Virus record (IMG/VR): IMGVR_UViG_3300042987_002787
Span: 1 to 62,534 of that record
Direction: 5' to 3' (one strand)
DNA from: a virus
Taxonomy: Duplodnaviria > Caudoviricetes
DNA: 62,534 nucleotides
Part shown: positions 1 through 9,907 of the stretch, piece by piece
Position numbering within the stretch: the first letter of the stretch is position 1
How the letters are laid out: every line of letters starts with the position of its first letter
Program-made: the position numbers and the translations under genes
The notes under the pieces: model-generated
Databases searched by the model: none
The model's input: the letters and a program-made list of their open reading frames with translations, nothing else
What the model was told of the DNA's origin: nothing

Positions 1-91
1 GCTGCTTTGATTGCCGCCACTGCGCTTGCCTGTGTAGAGGCTTTGTCTCCAATTATTTTTTTGGTCATTGATTTCTCTCTTGGTTGTTTAA

Positions 92-262
92 TTAGGCTTT
101 GTTTACTTCGACAACAACACCACTGCCTAGTAGTTCTTCTGCTACAGATCCCAGTGCCGCGATAATTTCTGTGTTGGCAAGATCGGGTGTGTCTGCTGCA
201 TCGCTGTCTTTAACTAACTTACTGATTGTGATTACAATTACTTCTTCATGTACTTTTGCCAT
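92..262 (-). CDS. small hypothetical protein (MAKVHEEVIVITISKLVKD..., 56 aa)
   Basis: Manually translated ORF below the track cut-off, with AAGGA SD; co-directional with neighbours. Confidence 0.6.
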   Translation of the reverse strand: MAKVHEEVIVITISKLVKDSDAADTPDLANTEIIAALGSVAEELLGSGVVVEVNKA

Positions 263-286
263 ACGAGCAATCCTTGAATAATAACA

Positions 287-1009
287 TTATTTATTATCCA
301 GGCAAACCAGCTCAGAAACTTCTCTAATTAGATCTGGATGAATTAAAGTTAAAAATGTTGCTACGTGTTTATCGTTGGTAAAAAAGTTAGCTCCCCAAAT
401 CCAATTGTGTGGTTTCTCGAGATTGTCTCTCGAGTGATCGCTTATTCTTACTAGATCACCAAGACTGTCTAAGTAAGCCAAAACTTGGTGTCTAATTTCA
501 GTATCAAATTGCTTTTCTCTCAACCAAACACGATATCGATATTTTGGCGGTTTCTTTACCAAAACTATATGTTTGTCTAATAGTGCCTTTATTTCTTCGT
601 TAGCAGGACCTGTGATAGATGTTAAGTTATTTCTATAATCTTGATCCATAGATTTAGCCACCGACTGTAAAACTAACTCATCTGTGGCGTATACTGATAC
701 TTTTGGTTCTTCTGTACGAATTTTAACATCAGGGTATTCGTAGTACAAATCTTTAAGGCTATGTAAAAAGCCAATGTCTGCATGTTGCAAATATTCAGCT
801 AGTTGTTTGTTCCACCATGAACCTTGGCGTCTGTAATTTCTTACCCAATTTCTACGCCGTTCTATGTCATCGGAAACATTGTCGCAACGAATACTTTTAC
901 AACCTGGAGCATATACGTCCAATCTGAAATAGTATTCGTTGTAAAACTGCTTGGTTGATGAAAGTACTTCGATGCTAGGAGAGAGACTCTTCCAAAACAA
1001 TGTATCCAT
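287..1009 (-). CDS. hypothetical protein
   Basis: Long ORF; start moved to MDTLF to reduce overlap with clpA. Confidence 0.65.
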   Translation of the reverse strand: MDTLFWKSLSPSIEVLSSTKQFYNEYYFRLDVYAPGCKSIRCDNVSDDIERRRNWVRNYRRQGSWWNKQLAEYLQHADIGFLHSLKDLYYEYPDVKIRTEEPKVSVYATDELVLQSVAKSMDQDYRNNLTSITGPANEEIKALLDKHIVLVKKPPKYRYRVWLREKQFDTEIRHQVLAYLDSLGDLVRISDHSRDNLEKPHNWIWGANFFTNDKHVATFLTLIHPDLIREVSELVCLDNK

Positions 1010-3263
1010 TAGTGTCAATTCTGTATGTGGAATCGGTTGACGAAATAGGCAAGAAAGAAAATTCTTTATTATAATCAACTACTATTATACAGCCTGCGCT
1101 AATGTTGTCAAACAAAATAAGTTTACTCAAAGGAACTTTTATTAATTCATTTATTTTTCGTTGTAAAGGTCTGGCACCTAGTTTTTTGTCGAATCCTTGA
1201 GCAATAAGCTCATCTACCGCTGCTTCAGTTAAACGTATTCTTAGCTGTTTATCAATCAACAGATCATTTATATCAGTAATAAATTTACCTACAATTTTAC
1301 GCATGCTCAATTCATTTAGTTTGTTAAATTTAATTACACCATCTAATCTATTTCTAAATTCTGGAGCAAAATAATTTTTTATTGCCTTGTCATCTTCATC
1401 TGTTTTTTCAAAATTTTGAGTGAAGCCTATTGTATTTTTTTCATTGTCAGCAGCACCTAAATTTGAGGTTAGGATAATTATCGCATTTCTACAACTGGCT
1501 TTTTTACCATTACTGCTGCTTACAATGCCTTCATCCATCATACTTAACAATATATTGCTAACATCAGAATGTGCTTTTTCGATTTCGTCCATTAAAATAA
1601 TACAATTAGGGTTTTTTTCAATGTCGCTAATCAAAAGTCCACCGCCTAAATTACCGTCATCATATCCTACATAACCAGGCGGAGCGCCAATCAGTTTAGC
1701 AATTGCATGTTTCTCCTGATATTCGCTCATGTCATATCTCAACAGTTTCATTCCTAGAGATTCTGACAGTAATTTTGCCAATTCGGTTTTACCTGTTCCA
1801 GTGGGTCCTGAAAACAAAAAACTGCCAATTGGTTTGTTTATTGACTTAAGACCTGCACGACTTACATAAATTTTTTCCAAAACACTGTCCACTGCTCGAT
1901 CCTGACCAAACAGTTTATCTTTAATTTGCTCATCCAAATTGGTTAGAACCTGTGTTTGGGTTACATTGCCAATTTGGTCTTCTGGGATCTTGGTCATGTT
2001 GCTGACAGCAGAAATTACGTCTGCTTTAGTAACTTGCCAGTTCTCTAAATTGTTATACTTGATTTTTAGTTTTGCGCAGCAAGCATCGATTAAATCAATT
2101 GCTTTGTCAGGTAGTTTTTTATCAGTTTGGAAACGCACACTTAAATCTACAGCTGATTCAATTGCTTCATCTGTAACTACACCATCATGAAACTTTTCAA
2201 AATGCCCACGTAAACCAAATAAAATTTCCTTAGCAACTTTTACAGAGGGTTCATCAATAGTCACACGTTGAAAACGTCGCATCAAGGCTCGATCTTTCTC
2301 GAAGCTTTGAGTGTATTCTTCCCATGTGGTTGATGCAATCACTTTAATTTTACCTTTACTCAAAGCCGGTTTGATCATGTTTGAAAAATCTACACTGCTT
2401 TGACTTCCTGCTCCTGCACCACGCATTTGATGTGCTTCGTCAATGAACAAAATTGTTTTGTCCTTGGAGTTTAGTGCGTTAATGATTTCATGAATTTTTT
2501 CTTCAAAGTCTCCACGATATTTTGAGCCAGCTAACAAGCTGCCAATATCTAAATTGTAAACTGTATAGTTTTTCAAATAATCTGGGACATATTCATTTAC
2601 TATAGACAGAGCTAGTCCTTCGGCAATAGCAGTTTTACCAACACCAGGATCGCCAATCATTAACACGTTACATTTGTTTCTTCTTGCCAAGATTTCAATT
2701 ATTTCGCCAGTTTCTATTTCTCTACCGATTACAGGATCAATTTTATTGTTAATGGCTAGTTTGTTAAGATTAGTACAGTAGTGCTCAAGAATTTTATCAG
2801 CCTGAGCTGAATTTACAATGGATTTGTTTGATTCTGTTTTGTACAGTTTATTATATTGTTCAATGAGTTTACCACGTTCAAGTTGATATTTTACAATAAA
2901 ATAATGTGCATAACTGTTTGTTTCGGAATTTATGCTAAGAAACAAATCCATGATTTGAACATGAGTTCGTCCGCTAAACAACACTTGTGTAAACGCTCTG
3001 TTAAATGTGCGTTCGAGTGCATGCGTCTTTTTTGGCTCAATGTTTTCTGCTACTAGATAGGTTTGATTTTCTATGTAGGCGGCAAGATCTGCATCTAGAC
3101 CTTCTATATCAACACCAAAGTTAGTTAAAAACTCTCTAAATGGATTAAATCTAATCATCGAGAGAAAAACATGCTCTAATGTAACATACTCGTGACTATA
3201 ACTTTTTGCAATGTCTATAGCTTCTGAAACAATTAAATCAATTTCTGGATTAGTTTGTAACAT
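975..3263 (-). CDS. clpA: ATP-dependent Clp protease ATP-binding subunit (ClpA-like)
   Basis: Clp-N domain, two Walker A motifs (GDPGVGKT, GPTGTGKT), LFIDEAH, DMSEYQEKH, GAPPGYVG. Confidence 0.93.
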   Translation of the reverse strand: MLQTNPEIDLIVSEAIDIAKSYSHEYVTLEHVFLSMIRFNPFREFLTNFGVDIEGLDADLAAYIENQTYLVAENIEPKKTHALERTFNRAFTQVLFSGRTHVQIMDLFLSINSETNSYAHYFIVKYQLERGKLIEQYNKLYKTESNKSIVNSAQADKILEHYCTNLNKLAINNKIDPVIGREIETGEIIEILARRNKCNVLMIGDPGVGKTAIAEGLALSIVNEYVPDYLKNYTVYNLDIGSLLAGSKYRGDFEEKIHEIINALNSKDKTILFIDEAHQMRGAGAGSQSSVDFSNMIKPALSKGKIKVIASTTWEEYTQSFEKDRALMRRFQRVTIDEPSVKVAKEILFGLRGHFEKFHDGVVTDEAIESAVDLSVRFQTDKKLPDKAIDLIDACCAKLKIKYNNLENWQVTKADVISAVSNMTKIPEDQIGNVTQTQVLTNLDEQIKDKLFGQDRAVDSVLEKIYVSRAGLKSINKPIGSFLFSGPTGTGKTELAKLLSESLGMKLLRYDMSEYQEKHAIAKLIGAPPGYVGYDDGNLGGGLLISDIEKNPNCIILMDEIEKAHSDVSNILLSMMDEGIVSSSNGKKASCRNAIIILTSNLGAADNEKNTIGFTQNFEKTDEDDKAIKNYFAPEFRNRLDGVIKFNKLNELSMRKIVGKFITDINDLLIDKQLRIRLTEAAVDELIAQGFDKKLGARPLQRKINELIKVPLSKLILFDNISAGCIIVVDYNKEFSFLPISSTDSTYRIDTNGYIVLEESLS

Positions 3264-3271
3264 AAAAATAT

Positions 3272-4138
3272 TTATTGAATGTTGAAAATACTTTTGAGAC
3301 TATTGATTTGGTCTATATTCAAATTGGTAGGCACATACACTCCAAGTTGAACGATTAAATTACCTCTGTTACTTTGATTCATTACATACAAACCTTGACT
3401 AGGTATCCTTAACTTACTGTCGGGCTGTGTACCTGGCGGTATTTGCAAGTCAAATTTCTTACCATCAAGTCCCTCTACTACTAATGTTGTTCCTACAATT
3501 GCACTTATACAATCAATTTCATGAATTTTAATTAAATCAACATTATCAACTAAAAATCTTGGATCACCTTCGACTTGTATTCTTACATACAAATCTCCCC
3601 TAGGTAAACTTCCAAAAAAGTTATCACCTAAGTTAGGAAACTTTATTACACTATTTGGTCTAACTCCTCGGGGTATTTGCACATTTACTGAATAACGTTC
3701 TCCATTTGTACTCTGTACGCTTATTGTTTTTTCTTGTACATCTAAGGTGCTTGCCAATGACACTGTAATTCCAACTTGAATGTCTTTATTTCTTCGTTGT
3801 TGTCTAAAAACAGAAAAAGGGTCGCCGTGACTAGCAAATCCTGGGCCAAAACTAAAACCAAAGTTCCTTAACATCTCTTCCATTTCATGAGGCATGCCAC
3901 TACCCATGTCATGCCCGTTAACAGTAAATCGGAACCCACCAACTCCTCGGCGTTCTGCATCGTATTGCGCCCGTCGAGAATCGTCGCTGAGTGTTTCGTA
4001 CGCAGATTGGATTTGTTGAAACTTTGTTGTATCTCCGCCTTTGTCAGGATGATGTTGATTGGCTAGTTTACGATAAGCCTTTTTAATTTCATCCGGACCG
4101 GCAGATTCTGAAATGCCTAAGGTGTCGTAGTAAGTCAT
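3272..4138 (-). CDS. dnaJ: DnaJ/CbpA-type co-chaperone (J domain plus C-terminal domain, no Zn finger)
   Basis: YYDTLG...KKAYRKLA..HHPDK; GDLYV; start set at the ATG 6 nt after the TATAAT box. Confidence 0.88.
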   Translation of the reverse strand: MTYYDTLGISESAGPDEIKKAYRKLANQHHPDKGGDTTKFQQIQSAYETLSDDSRRAQYDAERRGVGGFRFTVNGHDMGSGMPHEMEEMLRNFGFSFGPGFASHGDPFSVFRQQRRNKDIQVGITVSLASTLDVQEKTISVQSTNGERYSVNVQIPRGVRPNSVIKFPNLGDNFFGSLPRGDLYVRIQVEGDPRFLVDNVDLIKIHEIDCISAIVGTTLVVEGLDGKKFDLQIPPGTQPDSKLRIPSQGLYVMNQSNRGNLIVQLGVYVPTNLNIDQINSLKSIFNIQ

Positions 4139-4144
4139 AGTATA

Positions 4145-4173
4145 ATTATATACCTTATAGAAAAGTTTGTCAA
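4145..4173 (-). promoter_or_regulatory. sigma70-type promoter of dnaJ (leaderless)
   Basis: TTGACA-N17-TATAAT-N6-ATG. Confidence 0.8.
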
Positions 4174-4175
4174 AC

Positions 4176-4201
4176 AAAAAGAGCCCACGAATGGGCTCTT
4201 T
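4176..4201. terminator. intrinsic terminator ending the lysis operon
   Basis: AAAAAGAGCCCA-CGAA-TGGGCTCTTT hairpin with T tract. Confidence 0.8.
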
Positions 4202-4218
4202 GTTAAACTAGAATAAGA

Positions 4219-4410
4219 TTACTTTTTAGAATCTTTTTTTGCATCTTCAATTTTGGTGCCTTCTAACTTCTTATGTACCTTAATTGTTTTGCAAACTTCT
4301 TTTTCTTTATTTGTTTTGTTGTCAAATTCTTTAACACAAACCTTCTTCTCTTCTGCCGCAAATGCTACAGACACTAGAGACATTAATACAATTGCTAATA
4401 GTTTTTTCAT
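4219..4410 (-). CDS. small secreted protein
   Basis: Signal peptide MKKLLAIVL..AFA; two Cys. Confidence 0.6.
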   Translation of the reverse strand: MKKLLAIVLMSLVSVAFAAEEKKVCVKEFDNKTNKEKEVCKTIKVHKKLEGTKIEDAKKDSKK

Positions 4411-4634
4411 TTTAATGTTCCTTTTTTAGTAAATTTTTCTGATGCTGTAAAACCTAAACCGCCTAAAACTATGTACATCATTGCGTCAAATGTTTGCGGG
4501 CTTACTTTTTTTTCAAAGAATAATTCTGCTATGAAACCAATCGCAACTAGTATAAAGGCCAAAAAAGTAATTACCCTTTTACTGCTAGGATTGGTTTCAC
4601 TTTCGCCCGAAAGCATTTTGACTAAAAACAACAT
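4407..4634 (-). CDS. holin-like two-TM membrane protein
   Basis: SSKR motif, two hydrophobic helices, basic C-terminus, lysis context. Confidence 0.55.
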   Translation of the reverse strand: MLFLVKMLSGESETNPSSKRVITFLAFILVAIGFIAELFFEKKVSPQTFDAMMYIVLGGLGFTASEKFTKKGTLK

Positions 4635-5140
4635 TATCGTTCCGGATGATCAGGCTGTACAGGTGCTTCTTTTCCTCCAAATCCCGCACTCACTGAAGGA
4701 GTAAAACTACTTAGTGCAGCATCAGCTAAAGATGCCAATGGAGTAGGATCAATTGACGCTCCAAATGCTGCTGGTGCTACGCCGCCGAAGCCACCCAATG
4801 ATGGTTCAATTCTTGTTGATGCAGGTGGTGGAGCACTTGGCGGAGGTGGCTTGTTGGCCGCTTCTAATGCCTTTGCTCTCAATTCTTTGTCATCACCAGC
4901 TAACATAATACCCGACAGTGTGCCAGTTAAGAAAGTAGCAATAGGAATAATCAGTTCAAAAAACTTATTATCCACTGGACTCATTCCATTCATTGGCTGT
5001 GTTACAAAAATAAGACTGTATAATACCACAAACACAATACCAAACAAGGTTAAACCAAGAACAACACCAATAAAGAATTTAAGTCTTACATTGAGTTCTT
5101 CAGTTGTATATCTTGGACCTTCCCAAATATCTTTAATCAT
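4634..5140 (-). CDS. two-TM membrane protein with Pro/Ala-rich tail (holin/antiholin candidate)
   Basis: Two TM segments; lysis cassette context. Confidence 0.55.
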   Translation of the reverse strand: MIKDIWEGPRYTTEELNVRLKFFIGVVLGLTLFGIVFVVLYSLIFVTQPMNGMSPVDNKFFELIIPIATFLTGTLSGIMLAGDDKELRAKALEAANKPPPPSAPPPASTRIEPSLGGFGGVAPAAFGASIDPTPLASLADAALSSFTPSVSAGFGGKEAPVQPDHPER

Positions 5141-5376
5141 TTACATTCTCCTTTTTTTGGTGCAGGTGCAGCTGGTGCAAAACTATTACCCATCTGTCCG
5201 CCTGCCTTGTCTTTTTCATATGGTGTTAAATCTTCCGGGCAAGTGCCATTTGCACTGCAAAAGGGTTTTTTACATTCTTTACTGTCCCAGTTATCAGGAT
5301 CTTGACATGGATATCTATATCTTTCCTCGCAAGCTACTAATAGTGGAAGTGCTAGTAGTAGGAAAAAATATTTCAT
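5137..5376 (-). CDS. small Cys-rich lipoprotein
   Basis: Lipobox LLVAC; YPCQDP..W...C. Confidence 0.65.
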   Translation of the reverse strand: MKYFFLLLALPLLVACEERYRYPCQDPDNWDSKECKKPFCSANGTCPEDLTPYEKDKAGGQMGNSFAPAAPAPKKGECK

Positions 5377-5994
5377 TTAATGAACTCCTAATACATGTAG
5401 TGCATGGTTGTAATGTTTAATACGGTCATCCAATCCAATAAAGCCGCCGTTGATTTTACGAGTCATTGTTTTAATATCGCCCTTGTCGGCTTCATTGTTC
5501 AGTTTATTAGTTTCCCAAAACCAGCATGCACTTTGCGCAGCACCTTCAAAGGTTTGTGTGTATTCAGCTGCTTCTTCTGCTGAAATTTCTAACGATGCTG
5601 CAAACCAAGTGTAATTAGTTTTACCAGTCAATTGAATTAGGCCACGACCACGATAACGATATCCATCTCCGCTTGCCTCATCGCCATTGCCCATTCTATT
5701 TGCATAGATTCTGTTAGCAATCTTTTCTGGCTTCTTTTCATATGCTTTGGCAGTGGCCATGTCTTTAAAATATTTGCCAAAAATTTTCATTAAGCTTTCT
5801 GCTTTGTAGTTTAAATTTTCTGTAAGAAAAACAAAATTACCCGACTCATGAGCGCATTGTGCCATGAAGGCAGCAATTCGTTGAGGAGTGTTAATTTCAT
5901 AATCTGGTAGTAGTTGACTCAAGGCGAGATGCCAATGGTCAATGTAGGGATTTTTTGGTAATAATTCTCTTAACTGCTCTTTTGTAAGTTCCAT
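5377..5994 (-). CDS. glycoside hydrolase family 19 endolysin
   Basis: AAFMAQCAHES, ENLNY, YRGRGLIQLTG, INGG motifs. Confidence 0.9.
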   Translation of the reverse strand: MELTKEQLRELLPKNPYIDHWHLALSQLLPDYEINTPQRIAAFMAQCAHESGNFVFLTENLNYKAESLMKIFGKYFKDMATAKAYEKKPEKIANRIYANRMGNGDEASGDGYRYRGRGLIQLTGKTNYTWFAASLEISAEEAAEYTQTFEGAAQSACWFWETNKLNNEADKGDIKTMTRKINGGFIGLDDRIKHYNHALHVLGVH

Positions 5995-6055
5995 TTAGGG
6001 CTCCTTTATCGATTGTGTTTGCCGCCACATTTTGGGCAAGCTTCTTGCTCTTGCA

Positions 6056-6322
6056 TTATTTTATTTCCTCAAATATTTTTTTCTGTTTTGCGTGCCAAGA
6101 GTTCCATTCTTCTACCTTGATTGCGCACTCATGATAAAGTGTGTAGTTCTCGACCACCTTGGTATGTAGATCTACAATTGAAACTTGTTCACCTTCTATC
6201 TTTTGTAGCGGTGGACAAGGTTCTGTCAGTGACTTTGGGGCAGCTGGAAATTTAGCAACTACCGGAACAGTGGTTGAACAACCGACTAGTAACAAAGATA
6301 TTAATAGTGCTGTAGTTTTCAT
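6056..6322 (-). CDS. o-spanin (Rz1-like lipoprotein)
   Basis: Lipobox LLVGC, Pro-rich segment, NY..YHEC; overlaps upstream i-spanin. Confidence 0.7.
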   Translation of the reverse strand: MKTTALLISLLLVGCSTTVPVVAKFPAAPKSLTEPCPPLQKIEGEQVSIVDLHTKVVENYTLYHECAIKVEEWNSWHAKQKKIFEEIK

Positions 6323-6810
6323 TTTGGATCAGCTGCCTTGTTATGTTCTTCTACAATAATTCTAGGAACAGGACAGTTCTTAAGTGCATCTTGTAATTCT
6401 TTTTGCTTTGCTAAGAACACTTGTTTTTCCTCTTCGCTCATATCTTTAACTATTTCAACAGTTTTGCCTTCAACTAATCTATGGATATACTCTATTTGCT
6501 TACGGCCTTTTTCACGTACAACTTTGGTTTTTTCAACTACTCGCTGTTCTATTTCTTCGTTGGCCTGTTGTGATTTGGCCTCAGCTAATTTGACTTTAGC
6601 TTCCATTTCTTCAACTCTGGCACGCCAATCCTGCTCTACGCTATAACCTCCGTACCAATAAACGCCGCAGCAAAAAATTATTAACGAAACAATTTTGACT
6701 GGGAATTTATCTAATAAAAAACCCACTATTAAACCTGCTAATCCAAAGAAAAGCATGGCATAAGTTATAAAAAGAATTAAAGAGTCTGGTAGTAAATGTA
6801 AAAGCCACAT
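6319..6810 (-). CDS. i-spanin (Rz-like)
   Basis: N-terminal TM helices plus coiled coil ending C-x-V-P; adjacent to o-spanin and endolysin. Confidence 0.65.
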   Translation of the reverse strand: MWLLHLLPDSLILFITYAMLFFGLAGLIVGFLLDKFPVKIVSLIIFCCGVYWYGGYSVEQDWRARVEEMEAKVKLAEAKSQQANEEIEQRVVEKTKVVREKGRKQIEYIHRLVEGKTVEIVKDMSEEEKQVFLAKQKELQDALKNCPVPRIIVEEHNKAADPK

Positions 6811-6852
6811 AATATACTGTTAGTTGAACTAACAGTATTTATGCTATTTTGG

Positions 6853-7425
6853 TTAAAGAATGCCAGCTAGGCTTCTTATATTTTGGGTATGATCATTAAT
6901 GGGAGCTTTAGTCTTAACTTGCACTCCTGCTGCTGTGCGCATTTCGTCTAGTGTTTTATTGCCGTGTCTAGCAATATAATCTTGCGGAGTCAGAGCCACA
7001 TTGTTTTGAATATTTTCGGCTGTTGCGTCTAATAGACTAGGATTTGATCTAAACTGTAATTTCCAATCTTCTAGATTTTGATCAGTAAGTTTAGTAATAT
7101 CACCTAGCATTTTAATTATTTCATCGGCAACTTCAGGTTTGCGATCGCATTCAACAAACACTAGAAAATCGCCGTCGTCCATTTCGCCTGCACTAATATC
7201 TGCGTCCACGACCCAGTCATAACCTTTTTCTATAAAGTTAACTAAATCATTGGCTGGAGCTCTTCCAATCAATTTAAAACTTAGGACAATAATATCTTCA
7301 TCTTTGCCCATTTTACTTTTAAATTCATCAATGTGCAGCTCAGGTTTTACCAATCTTTTTAAATCGTTTTTTTCTAGACCCTCACTTAGCATATTACACT
7401 CCTGCCTGTACTTGTGTGGCTGCAT
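6853..7425 (-). CDS. hypothetical phage protein
   Basis: Long ORF, no recognised motif. Confidence 0.65.
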   Translation of the reverse strand: MQPHKYRQECNMLSEGLEKNDLKRLVKPELHIDEFKSKMGKDEDIIVLSFKLIGRAPANDLVNFIEKGYDWVVDADISAGEMDDGDFLVFVECDRKPEVADEIIKMLGDITKLTDQNLEDWKLQFRSNPSLLDATAENIQNNVALTPQDYIARHGNKTLDEMRTAAGVQVKTKAPINDHTQNIRSLAGIL

Positions 7426-7930
7426 TTGTATCAGTTTTATAGATATTATCGTCTAATCCTTCTTCATAGCTTTGCTCAATATCCTCGGCATCAACTGAAT
7501 CTTTTTCCAATTCTACACTACCTTGGTTTATTTCTTGCATCAGCTGTTTTGGCATAACAATTTCTACTAACCAGACTGGAGTACGATTCATTTTGGGAAC
7601 TTTGGTTCCCGGTTGAAAATCGTTGGGATCTTCGACTTTCATTGGGTAAACCAAGTGATCCTTTTTGTACTTTATTTCGCATCCGTAATCAAGCAAACGT
7701 TCGCCACCTCGAGGATCGGGCATTAATTTGTAGGGCCACATAAAAGTACACGTGACAAAATATTTTTCATATTTTGGTCCAGCTACTAGTTCGCCCTTTT
7801 TCCAATTATCAAATGTATATACGTCAAGTTCATCAATTACACGTTCAAAATCCAATAGTGTGTTGATCGAACTACCTGTCATTGTGATAGTTTTGAGGTT
7901 TTCTAAAATGTCTGAAATATCTTGTGCCAT
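7394..7930 (-). CDS. hypothetical phage protein
   Basis: ORF; start set at the ATG 5 nt after TAAATA. Confidence 0.65.
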   Translation of the reverse strand: MAQDISDILENLKTITMTGSSINTLLDFERVIDELDVYTFDNWKKGELVAGPKYEKYFVTCTFMWPYKLMPDPRGGERLLDYGCEIKYKKDHLVYPMKVEDPNDFQPGTKVPKMNRTPVWLVEIVMPKQLMQEINQGSVELEKDSVDAEDIEQSYEEGLDDNIYKTDTNAATQVQAGV

Positions 7931-8059
7931 ACAGTTATTTATTATCAAATAATGTAATTGTTTTTTTGATCGAATTAGCACTACAGTCTTTTACTTAGCA
8001 TGCTTCTACAGCTCATAAAACACAGTTAATCCAAAAAAGTTAGTCATTTAAATAATCAT

Positions 8060-8860
8060 GTGGACTTGATAAAAAAAGATGCCAAGCCACTTCAAGGAGC
8101 TCGGGCTATGGCAGATCCACCAATTATAAAGGAGGCACTCTTGAGCAAACGTCGCAGAAGCGAAGCAGCACAGTTGTCAGTTGTAAGCAACATAGAATCA
8201 TATCAGAAACAACGTCGCCAAATCAATTTAATTCCTAAAAGTCTCAACCAAGAAACGTACATAGATCTACTACAAAATCCACAACGCTTAATAGTTTTTG
8301 CTGCGGGTCCGGCAGGTACAGGCAAAACTATGCTAGCTGTACTGGCTGCATTACAAGCATTTAGAGCAGGTGAGTGCTCTAAGATTGTAATTACAAGACC
8401 AGCAGTAGGCGTTGATGATGAGCAACACGGATTTTTGCCGGGCACACTTAATCAAAAGATGGAACCATGGACTAGACCTATCTTTGATATCATAGAAGAA
8501 TACTATAGACCACAGGAGGTATCACGTCTGCTAGAAGAAAAATATATCGAGATTGCTCCACTAGCATACATGCGAGGACGGACATTTAAAAACTCGTGGA
8601 TTATTGCAGATGAAATGCAAAACGCGACACCAAGTCAGATGAAGATGCTGTTAACTCGTTTAGGTGAAAACTCCAAGATGGTTGTTACAGGTGATACGCA
8701 GCAGGCCGACCGTAGGGCCAAGGACAACGGATTATTGGACTTTCAACGTCTTTATAAAGATTTTGATAGCCAATACATTGCTGGCGTAGAATTTGCAGTC
8801 AAGGATGTTCGTAGACATCCTGCTGTAGCTGAAGTTCTTAAACTTTACGGGGAGGATTAA
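8060..8860 (+). CDS. phoH: PhoH-family ATPase
   Basis: GPAGTGKT, GFLPG, YMRGRTF, DEMQN, GDTQQAD; the true start may be the TTG after AAGGAGG near 8141. Confidence 0.93.
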   Translation: MDLIKKDAKPLQGARAMADPPIIKEALLSKRRRSEAAQLSVVSNIESYQKQRRQINLIPKSLNQETYIDLLQNPQRLIVFAAGPAGTGKTMLAVLAALQAFRAGECSKIVITRPAVGVDDEQHGFLPGTLNQKMEPWTRPIFDIIEEYYRPQEVSRLLEEKYIEIAPLAYMRGRTFKNSWIIADEMQNATPSQMKMLLTRLGENSKMVVTGDTQQADRRAKDNGLLDFQRLYKDFDSQYIAGVEFAVKDVRRHPAVAEVLKLYGED

Positions 8861-9339
8861 TACAGTCGAAACAGCTCATACAGTGTAGTATCAAACCCAA
8901 TATGATGGATGGCGATGCCACCTGCTGCTCGCCATTCATCAATATTGCTAGATCTATCATCAATGAGAATATCTCCGGGTTGGCAGTGTTGCCATTTATC
9001 TTTGCTATAAGGACCAAACATAACTGGTATACCGGGAAAATTAGTTTGTGCCCACATAACTTTGTCATAAAAAGCCCAGTTAATATCGTTCGCTTTAGGA
9101 ACCGCGGTCAAAAAACATAAATCAAATTCTTTTGTCAAAACAAAATCTTTACATTCTTCAACCAATCGATCTGCATAGGGTGTTTTGATTAAATCTCTGT
9201 AAATTCTTTTATTTTCAGCTAAAATTTGCCATTTGTCGTCAGAGTAAATTCCGCCACTGGGTGGCAATCCTAAAGTTCGATAGGCATACTCGTCGAAGTC
9301 AACTACGACCCCGTCCATATCCAAGTATAAAGTTGTCAT
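8857..9339 (-). CDS. HAD-family 5'(3')-deoxyribonucleotidase
   Basis: LDMDGV and LIDDR motifs. Confidence 0.85.
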   Translation of the reverse strand: MTTLYLDMDGVVVDFDEYAYRTLGLPPSGGIYSDDKWQILAENKRIYRDLIKTPYADRLVEECKDFVLTKEFDLCFLTAVPKANDINWAFYDKVMWAQTNFPGIPVMFGPYSKDKWQHCQPGDILIDDRSSNIDEWRAAGGIAIHHIGFDTTLYELFRLY

Positions 9340-9575
9340 TGTTTTCTTAGTTTGTTATGTAGTGCGTCAAGATAATTAGTTTGATTAAACAGTTTGTTTT
9401 CTAATCTTCGCACAGTGTCTTTGAGATTATGTACTTCTCGGTTCATTGAGTTGATAATGTCGTCCTGTTGTCGTAGTTTGACATCATGACGCATCAAGTT
9501 AGGCCGCGGAGGAGCATCAGGATCTATTTTCCTTTTGGTCTTCTGACGCATGGCTTTTAGCATCTTTGGATTCAT
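9336..9575 (-). CDS. hypothetical coiled-coil protein
   Basis: ORF coupled by ATGA overlaps. Confidence 0.55.
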   Translation of the reverse strand: MNPKMLKAMRQKTKRKIDPDAPPRPNLMRHDVKLRQQDDIINSMNREVHNLKDTVRRLENKLFNQTNYLDALHNKLRKQ

Positions 9576-9907
9576 ACGTAGTATTTATCGCCGGGAATAC
9601 TAGGAAATTTGACTGCAACTGTATCTGTATCCTCTGAATAATACCCTCCAACTATATCACCGGGCTCCACAATTACAATATCTCCGGCACGATATTCAAC
9701 GTCGTTAAGAATCATACAACCTCTAGTGATCAATTGAATTTCGGTTATTATCTTATGATAATGCTGGACATAAACTGTCCCGGCTGTGTTAGTTTGATAA
9801 CAAGTTTCAAAGTCGCTAGTACGATGCACAGCTTCAGGAAAGTCGCCGATGAACCAGCCTCTAGCACCGCTGTCACTGAGCTTGAATTTCTTCATTCTTT
9901 TCAGCAT
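9572..9907 (-). CDS. cupin-domain protein
   Basis: GWFIGDF, HYHK...E, GDIVIVEPG. Confidence 0.7.
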   Translation of the reverse strand: MLKRMKKFKLSDSGARGWFIGDFPEAVHRTSDFETCYQTNTAGTVYVQHYHKIITEIQLITRGCMILNDVEYRAGDIVIVEPGDIVGGYYSEDTDTVAVKFPSIPGDKYYV

